64,000 nt of DNA from contig JBFYQX010000005.1 of NCBI GenBank assembly GCA_041302525.1, forward strand, positions 8,213-72,212. Direction: 5' to 3'. Shown piece after piece: positions 59,087 through 64,000 of this stretch. A program made the translations under genes and the position numbers. The notes under the pieces were generated by a model that worked only from the letters and a program-made list of their open reading frames with translations, did no database searches and was not told where the DNA came from. The number at the start of each line of letters is the position of its first letter. The stretch's first letter is position 1. This stretch comes from Candidatus Bipolaricaulota bacterium (GTDB taxonomy: Bacteria > Bipolaricaulota > Bipolaricaulia > UBA7950 > UBA9294).

Positions 59087-59444
59087 AAGGTCTCCTTTCC
59101 TCGCCCCACGCCCTCGGGCGGCGCACGAGCGTACCGCACGGCGGTTCCTCCGCTCAACTCCCCGCAGCGCGGAGGTCCCCGGCCGGCGGCCCTCTTCGGA
59201 TGACGTCTGAACCTGCGCACGACGAGAGAGGTGCCGGTTCTTGGCTGCCGGCCCTTCTAGGACAAGGCCTGGAGCTGCGCAGTGCAGACGAAGCGTAGCT
59301 CCCTGGCTGCGCGCCTCACGGGCGCCGCCGTGATACACATCACGCGGCCGTTGAGCCTGGCGGCCCGACGTGGGGTGACTCGTGTCTGCCCAGGGCAAGC
59401 AGCCGGGAACGGCCGCGACCGAGTGTCAGGACTACGATCGGGTC

Positions 59445-60659
59445 ATGAACAAGGTTGGGATCATCTCCCGGGCGAGCGCGTTGCACGACCGGGAGAGCGT
59501 ACGCAAGCTTCGCGACCAGTTGCTGGGCCAGGTGCGCGCGGCGAGCGGGCTCTCCATTGAGGAGGCCAGCCAGCCGTCGTCCGATCATCTGACGGCCATC
59601 CTCGTCCTCACCGGTGGCGTCGAACGCGAGGTGCTGAAGATCGTTGCCCAGCTGCCCTCTCCCACCTTGCTCATCGCGCACCCAGGTCACAACTCGCTGC
59701 CTGCCTCGCTCGAGGTGCTGGCGCGAATCCGCCAGGACGGCGGCGAGGGGCGGATCCTCTTCGGCACTCCAGCGGTGATCGCCGACGGTCTGAAACAGGA
59801 GCTGCGCCTTGCGAATGCCTGGAATTCGTTCCGCTTCAGCCGCATCGGCGTCATCGGCGAGCCTTCCGACTGGCTGGTGGCGAGTGACGTGGACCGCGCC
59901 TTTCTCAAAGGCCGCCTGTCGATCGAGGTTGTCCACGTGGCCGTCGACGAGCTGCTGGATCGCGTTGAGAAGGCGGAGGCGCCGCGCAAAGACGTGACCG
60001 CCTTCGTCAAGGGTGCGGCGGCTGTGGTCGAGGCGACGGGCGACGACGTCCGCGCCGCGGTGAAGATCTACTACGGCCTGCGTAGCCTGATCGACGAGCA
60101 TCGCCTCTCGGCCTGCACCGTGCGCTGCTTCGACATCGTCAAGCGTCTCAAGAACAGCGGCTGCTACGCGCTGGCGCGACTCAACGACGAGGGCATCCCG
60201 GCCGGATGCGAGGGCGACCTGCAGAGCCTCTTCTCGCTCTACCTCGCGTTCCTCCTGTCTGGGCAGACAGCGTTCATGGCCAACATCGCCGACGTCGATC
60301 CCCGCGAGCGTTCGATCGGCGTGGCGCACTGCATGTGTCCCCTGTCGATGGCCCCGAGCTACACGGTGCGCAGCCACTTCGAGTCCGGGCTCGGTGTCGG
60401 GATCGCCGGGACGATCCCTGCCGGTCCGTGCACGCTCTTCCGCCTGGGTGGCGAGCGGCTCGGCGAGCTGTTCATCCGCGAGGGGGCGATCGTGGACTCC
60501 TCGATCCGCGAGGACCTGTGCCGGACGCAGGTGCGCGTCCGCGTCGACGAAGCCGTCGACGAGCTCTTGACGGCGCCGCTCGGCAACCACCACATCCTCG
60601 TCGCCGGGCACCATCGCGAGACGATCGAGCGTTTCACCGCGCGGTACCTCGCCACGTAG
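59445..60659 (+). CDS. L-fucose/L-arabinose isomerase-like family protein (COG2407-like), ~404 aa
   Basis: Weak family-level resemblance (CEGDLQS ... MANIADVD ... HCMCP). Start is an ATG with a weak RBS. Confidence 0.55.
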   Translation: MNKVGIISRASALHDRESVRKLRDQLLGQVRAASGLSIEEASQPSSDHLTAILVLTGGVEREVLKIVAQLPSPTLLIAHPGHNSLPASLEVLARIRQDGGEGRILFGTPAVIADGLKQELRLANAWNSFRFSRIGVIGEPSDWLVASDVDRAFLKGRLSIEVVHVAVDELLDRVEKAEAPRKDVTAFVKGAAAVVEATGDDVRAAVKIYYGLRSLIDEHRLSACTVRCFDIVKRLKNSGCYALARLNDEGIPAGCEGDLQSLFSLYLAFLLSGQTAFMANIADVDPRERSIGVAHCMCPLSMAPSYTVRSHFESGLGVGIAGTIPAGPCTLFRLGGERLGELFIREGAIVDSSIREDLCRTQVRVRVDEAVDELLTAPLGNHHILVAGHHRETIERFTARYLAT

Positions 60660-60850
60660 CGCGGGGTCGTCGGCGAGCGGGACGCGGCGACGCCGCGCGC
60701 CCGGTGCTCGGCGGCCGCGCGATCGGGCGCGCTTCGCGACACGCTGCGGTGGGCGGACGCCGCGTCGCGTCCTGCCGCGTGCCAGGGCCGTGTCTGTTGT
60801 GACCTCTCAGGCAAGTCGCTACGATCGAGGCGTTGTGGAGGTGAGCGTTC

Positions 60851-61129
60851 ATGGTGGAACGCAAGATGCAGATCACGGCGGACAACGAGACGCGGCGCGG
60901 GCACTACTCGAATCTCGCGCTCATTTCGCACCGAAAAGAGGAGTTCGTCCTCGACTTCCTCTTCCTCGATCCGCAAACGCAGCCGAACCAAGACGGGCAA
61001 GCGCTGTTGACATCACGGGTCGTCCTCAACCCGGGGCACATGAAGCGGCTGTACCAGGCGATCGGCGACAACATCCAGCGCTACGAGAAGAACTTCGGGA
61101 CGATCGTCCTGCCAGCCAACCTCACCTGA
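60851..61129 (+). CDS. DUF3467-like small protein, 92 aa
   Basis: RBS GGAGGTGA. The HYSNLALISHRKEEFVLDFLF motif matches the DUF3467 pattern (recalled). It ends 12 nt before the GGPP synthase start. Confidence 0.6.
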   Translation: MVERKMQITADNETRRGHYSNLALISHRKEEFVLDFLFLDPQTQPNQDGQALLTSRVVLNPGHMKRLYQAIGDNIQRYEKNFGTIVLPANLT

Positions 61130-61140
61130 GGGGTGCGGAC

Positions 61141-62157
61141 ATGGACGGCGCATCGGTCGGTCGGGGCGCGTCGGCAACTGCACTGCTTGCACGGCACCGG
61201 CCGATGCTGCTTGACGCGATCCGCGCGGCGCTCGCCGGTCCGTCTGCGCTTGCCGGTCTCGTGCGTCGGCACGTCGGCGTCGAAGGGGAAGACGGTAGGC
61301 CGGCGGACGCGGCCGGCAAGTTGCTCCGTCCGTCCTTGGTCGTCATCACCGCCACGGAGCTTGGTGCCCGCGTTGCCACCGCCGTGTCGGCGGCCGTCGC
61401 GCTCGAACTTGTGCACAACTTCTCGCTCGTCCACGACGACATTCAGGACCGCGATCGGGTGCGGCGCGGTCGTCCCACGCTGTGGACGCTGTGTGGAGAG
61501 GCGGAAGCGATCAATGCGGGCGACCTCCTCCACGCGATGGCCTTCCGCGAGGCCGCGCGCTGCGGACCCGAGGTGGTTGCTGCGTTGTCCGAGGCGACGA
61601 TCGAGATGGTGGAGGGCCAGTCTCTTGACCTGAGCTACGAGGTGTGCTTCGTCGACCAGGCGCTGTACCGGGCGATGATCGATCGCAAGACGGGCGCCCT
61701 CCTCGGTTGTGCGTTCGAGCTGGGCGGCGTCGTCGCTGGGGCGCCGATGCCGGTTCGTGCAGAGCTGCAGTTGCTGGGGCGCGCGCTTGGGCGCGCGTTT
61801 CAGGTGCGCGACGACGCGCTGGGCATCTGGGGCGATGCCGCAACGCTCGGCAAGCCGAAGGGCTCCGACGTGCGCCGCCGCAAGAAGGGCTTTCCCGCCG
61901 TGTGGGCACGCGAGCGAGCCGGCGGCGAGGACCGCGCACGGCTGGACGCGATCTACGCGTCGGACCCGGTGTCTGATGCCAACGCCGCGTGGGTCGTCCG
62001 ACTCCTCGAAGAGCTGGGCGCGCGCGAGGCGGCCGACGCGGCGGTGGCCGAGCACACGGCAGAGGCGCTGGGTGCCGTGGCGGACCTCCCCTTCTCCCCG
62101 CGCGGCAGGGCCGATCTTCGCGATCTCGTGTCATCCCTCGCCGGGAGAACACGATGA
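61141..62157 (+). CDS. polyprenyl diphosphate synthase (geranylgeranyl diphosphate synthase-like)
   Basis: First and second Asp-rich motifs (LVHDDIQD and FQVRDDALG). Confidence 0.85.
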   Translation: MDGASVGRGASATALLARHRPMLLDAIRAALAGPSALAGLVRRHVGVEGEDGRPADAAGKLLRPSLVVITATELGARVATAVSAAVALELVHNFSLVHDDIQDRDRVRRGRPTLWTLCGEAEAINAGDLLHAMAFREAARCGPEVVAALSEATIEMVEGQSLDLSYEVCFVDQALYRAMIDRKTGALLGCAFELGGVVAGAPMPVRAELQLLGRALGRAFQVRDDALGIWGDAATLGKPKGSDVRRRKKGFPAVWARERAGGEDRARLDAIYASDPVSDANAAWVVRLLEELGAREAADAAVAEHTAEALGAVADLPFSPRGRADLRDLVSSLAGRTR

Positions 62158-63230
62158 CCCGCCGCATCCAGGTCGGAGCTGTCGCAATCGGCGGCGGCGC
62201 GCCGGTCTCCGTCCAGTCGATGACAACCACCCGGACAACCGACGTCGTGGCGACTGTCGCTCAGATCGAGCGGCTTGTGGCCGCCGGCTGCGAAATCGTG
62301 CGCGTCGCGGTGCCCGATGCGGCGGCCGCTGCGGCCTTGCCTGGAATCCGCAACGCCATCTCGATCCCGCTCGTTGCCGACATCCACCTTGACCATCGGC
62401 TCGCGTTGGCGGCGATTGAGGCCGGCGTCGACAAGCTGCGCCTCAACCCAGGGAACATCACCGATCCCGGCCGAATCGCCGTGGTGGCCGACGCGGCGGC
62501 GCGAGGAGGAATACCGATCCGCGTCGGCGCGAACTCGGGCTCGCTCGCCAAGGCGTACCTGGATCGGCACGGTCGGGCCACTGCGGCAGGCATGGTGGAG
62601 AGCGCGTTGGCGGAGATCCGTCTGCTCGAACAACACGGGTTTGAGGACATCGTCGTCTCGCTCAAGGCCACCGACGTGCGGATGACGATCGACGCGTACC
62701 GCGCGATCGCGCGCGAGGTCGTCTACCCGCTCCACGTCGGGATCACCGAGGCGGGGACGGTCTGGGAAGGCGCGATCCGCTCTGCGGTCGGGCTTGGCGT
62801 TCTCTTTGCAGAGGGCATCGGCGACACCGTGCGCGTCTCGCTGGCCGGCGATCCGGTCGACGAGGTGCGCGCGGCGTACGAGATTCTTCGCGCGTTGGGC
62901 CTACGCGATCGCGGCATCGACCTGCACGTCTGTCCAACGTGCGGACGAACGGGGATCGATCTCGCGGCGATCGCTGCGGACGTGCGCGTCTCGCTCGCCG
63001 GCGTTGCCGACCCGATCAAGCTTGCGCTCATGGGCTGCGTGGTCAACGGGCCGGGGGAGGCGCGGGCGGCCGACGTCGGGTTGGTGGGCGCGCAGGGCGA
63101 AGGCTCGATCTACGTGGCGGGCGTCGTCGTTCGCGCAGGCGTTCCAGAGCGGGAGCTTGCCGGCGCGGTCGTCCAGGCTGTGCGAGACGTCATCGCGCAG
63201 CGGCAGCGCTGGGGCGAGGAGTCGGCTTGA
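62154..63230 (+). CDS. ispG: 4-hydroxy-3-methylbut-2-en-1-yl diphosphate synthase
   Basis: GcpE motifs including VSLAGDPV and CPTCGRT. ATG overlaps the upstream stop (ATGA). Confidence 0.9.
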   Translation: MTRRIQVGAVAIGGGAPVSVQSMTTTRTTDVVATVAQIERLVAAGCEIVRVAVPDAAAAAALPGIRNAISIPLVADIHLDHRLALAAIEAGVDKLRLNPGNITDPGRIAVVADAAARGGIPIRVGANSGSLAKAYLDRHGRATAAGMVESALAEIRLLEQHGFEDIVVSLKATDVRMTIDAYRAIAREVVYPLHVGITEAGTVWEGAIRSAVGLGVLFAEGIGDTVRVSLAGDPVDEVRAAYEILRALGLRDRGIDLHVCPTCGRTGIDLAAIAADVRVSLAGVADPIKLALMGCVVNGPGEARAADVGLVGAQGEGSIYVAGVVVRAGVPERELAGAVVQAVRDVIAQRQRWGEESA

Positions 63231-64000
63231 TCGAGGTCGTGAAGGCGGACGTTCTCGGGTTCTGCGGCGGCGTGCGTCGCGCCGTCGGTCAGATCGAGAC
63301 GGAACTCGATGCCCGGGGCCCGCTCGCGACGCTCGGCGCGATCGTGCACAACGCGCGCGTCGTCGACGCGCTGGCTCGGAGGGGCGCGCGGATGACGGAG
63401 AGCCTCGATGAGATCCTCGCGGGCGGTGCTGTGGCGATCACGGCCCACGGCGCGGGCCTCGATGTCGTGGCCGAGATCGAGCGGCGCGGCCTGCGCCTCG
63501 TCGACACGACGTGTCCGATCGTCCGCCATGCTCAAGAGACGGCGGCCTCTCTGGCGGCCGAGGGGTTCGGTGTGGTCGTCTACGGCGAAGCCACTCATCC
63601 CGAGGTGCGCGCCATCCTGTCCTGGGCGCGCGGGCGTGGGGTCGCGACTGGATCGCCCGACGTCGACGTACCGACCGGCCCGCGTGGGGTGGCCGTGATC
63701 TCGCAGACGACGAAGCGGCCGCAGAGGTTCGCCCAGTTCGCCCAGTCGGTCGCGCAGCGGCTCGCCGGTCGCGTGCCCGAGGTTCGCGTGGTCGACACGA
63801 CCTGCCCGGAGACCGAGCGGCGTTACCAGGCGGCCGAAGACCTGGCGCGCGGCGTCGACGTTCTGTACGTGGTCGGCAGCCGTGCCTCGGCGAACACGCG
63901 GAAACTCGCGGAGACGTGCGAGGCCACCGGGGTGCGCACGCACTGGATCGAGACCGCGGACGAGATTGCCGCGTCGTGGTCCACGGAGGGCAGGCGCCTC
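63227..64000 (+). CDS. ispH: 4-hydroxy-3-methylbut-2-enyl diphosphate reductase, partial (runs off the window end)
   Basis: LytB motifs (FCGGVRRAV, DTTCPIV, VDTTCP). Start is TTG at 63227 or GTG at 63236, overlapping the ispG stop. There is no stop within the window. Confidence 0.8.
   Translation, partial: MIEVVKADVLGFCGGVRRAVGQIETELDARGPLATLGAIVHNARVVDALARRGARMTESLDEILAGGAVAITAHGAGLDVVAEIERRGLRLVDTTCPIVRHAQETAASLAAEGFGVVVYGEATHPEVRAILSWARGRGVATGSPDVDVPTGPRGVAVISQTTKRPQRFAQFAQSVAQRLAGRVPEVRVVDTTCPETERRYQAAEDLARGVDVLYVVGSRASANTRKLAETCEATGVRTHWIETADEIAASWSTEGRRL

Noticed and set aside
1-64000. CRISPR arrays, rRNA or tRNA genes, integrases and transposases
   Set aside because: I looked for short direct repeats with regular spacing, for T-loop-like GGTTCGAnTCC motifs in the larger intergenic gaps, and for recombinase motifs among the ORFs. 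None were found. The longest gaps (3344-3854, 19277-19708, 24243-24537, 24865-25150, 59087-59444) contain only GC hairpins.

Overview
This is a high-GC (~70%) chromosomal segment with strong GC3 codon bias, of the kind seen in Actinobacteria, Chloroflexi or Thermomicrobia. It is densely coding: I support about 62 CDS, many with ATGA-type start/stop overlaps. I found no rRNA, tRNA, CRISPR array, integrase or transposase. The ORF track treats GTG/TTG/CTG as starts, so I re-picked start codons from RBS context and shortened many track ORFs.

The core housekeeping genes are:
- fabI, a DEAD-box helicase and an Uup-like ABC-F ATPase;
- a TrpB2 paralog and an adjacent pyrC-like/pyrB pair;
- a Clp-family AAA+ ATPase, PepF, YbaK, gamma-glutamyltransferase and MgtE;
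- yajC-secD (no secF follows), holA and rnhA;
- a KtrAB-type K+ uptake pair and an MscS-family channel;
- a GGPP synthase-ispG-ispH operon.

The accessory and unusual content is:
- (i) a fused AAC(3)/AAC(6')-I-type aminoglycoside acetyltransferase gene;
- (ii) a zeta-toxin-like P-loop ATPase with an overlapping small basic ORF and a 510-nt non-coding gap upstream;
- (iii) two secreted DUF1573 + rhodanese paralogs, all of whose rhodanese domains lack the catalytic Cys, flanking an AKR-ferredoxin / AraC-GyrI / VOC xenobiotic-response cassette;
- (iv) two DUF885 putative metallopeptidase paralogs, one coupled to a secreted amidohydrolase;
- (v) a TIGR04076-like Cys-rich small protein divergent from an ACT-domain protein, a ChrB-C-like protein and an MFS transporter that appear translationally coupled;
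- (vi) a small internally duplicated Cys protein divergent from a DUF401 membrane protein;
- (vii) three MFS paralogs, several GNAT proteins and a bacterial RIO-type kinase.

I cannot name one clear-cut undescribed system with certainty. The strongest candidates are ranked in the findings.
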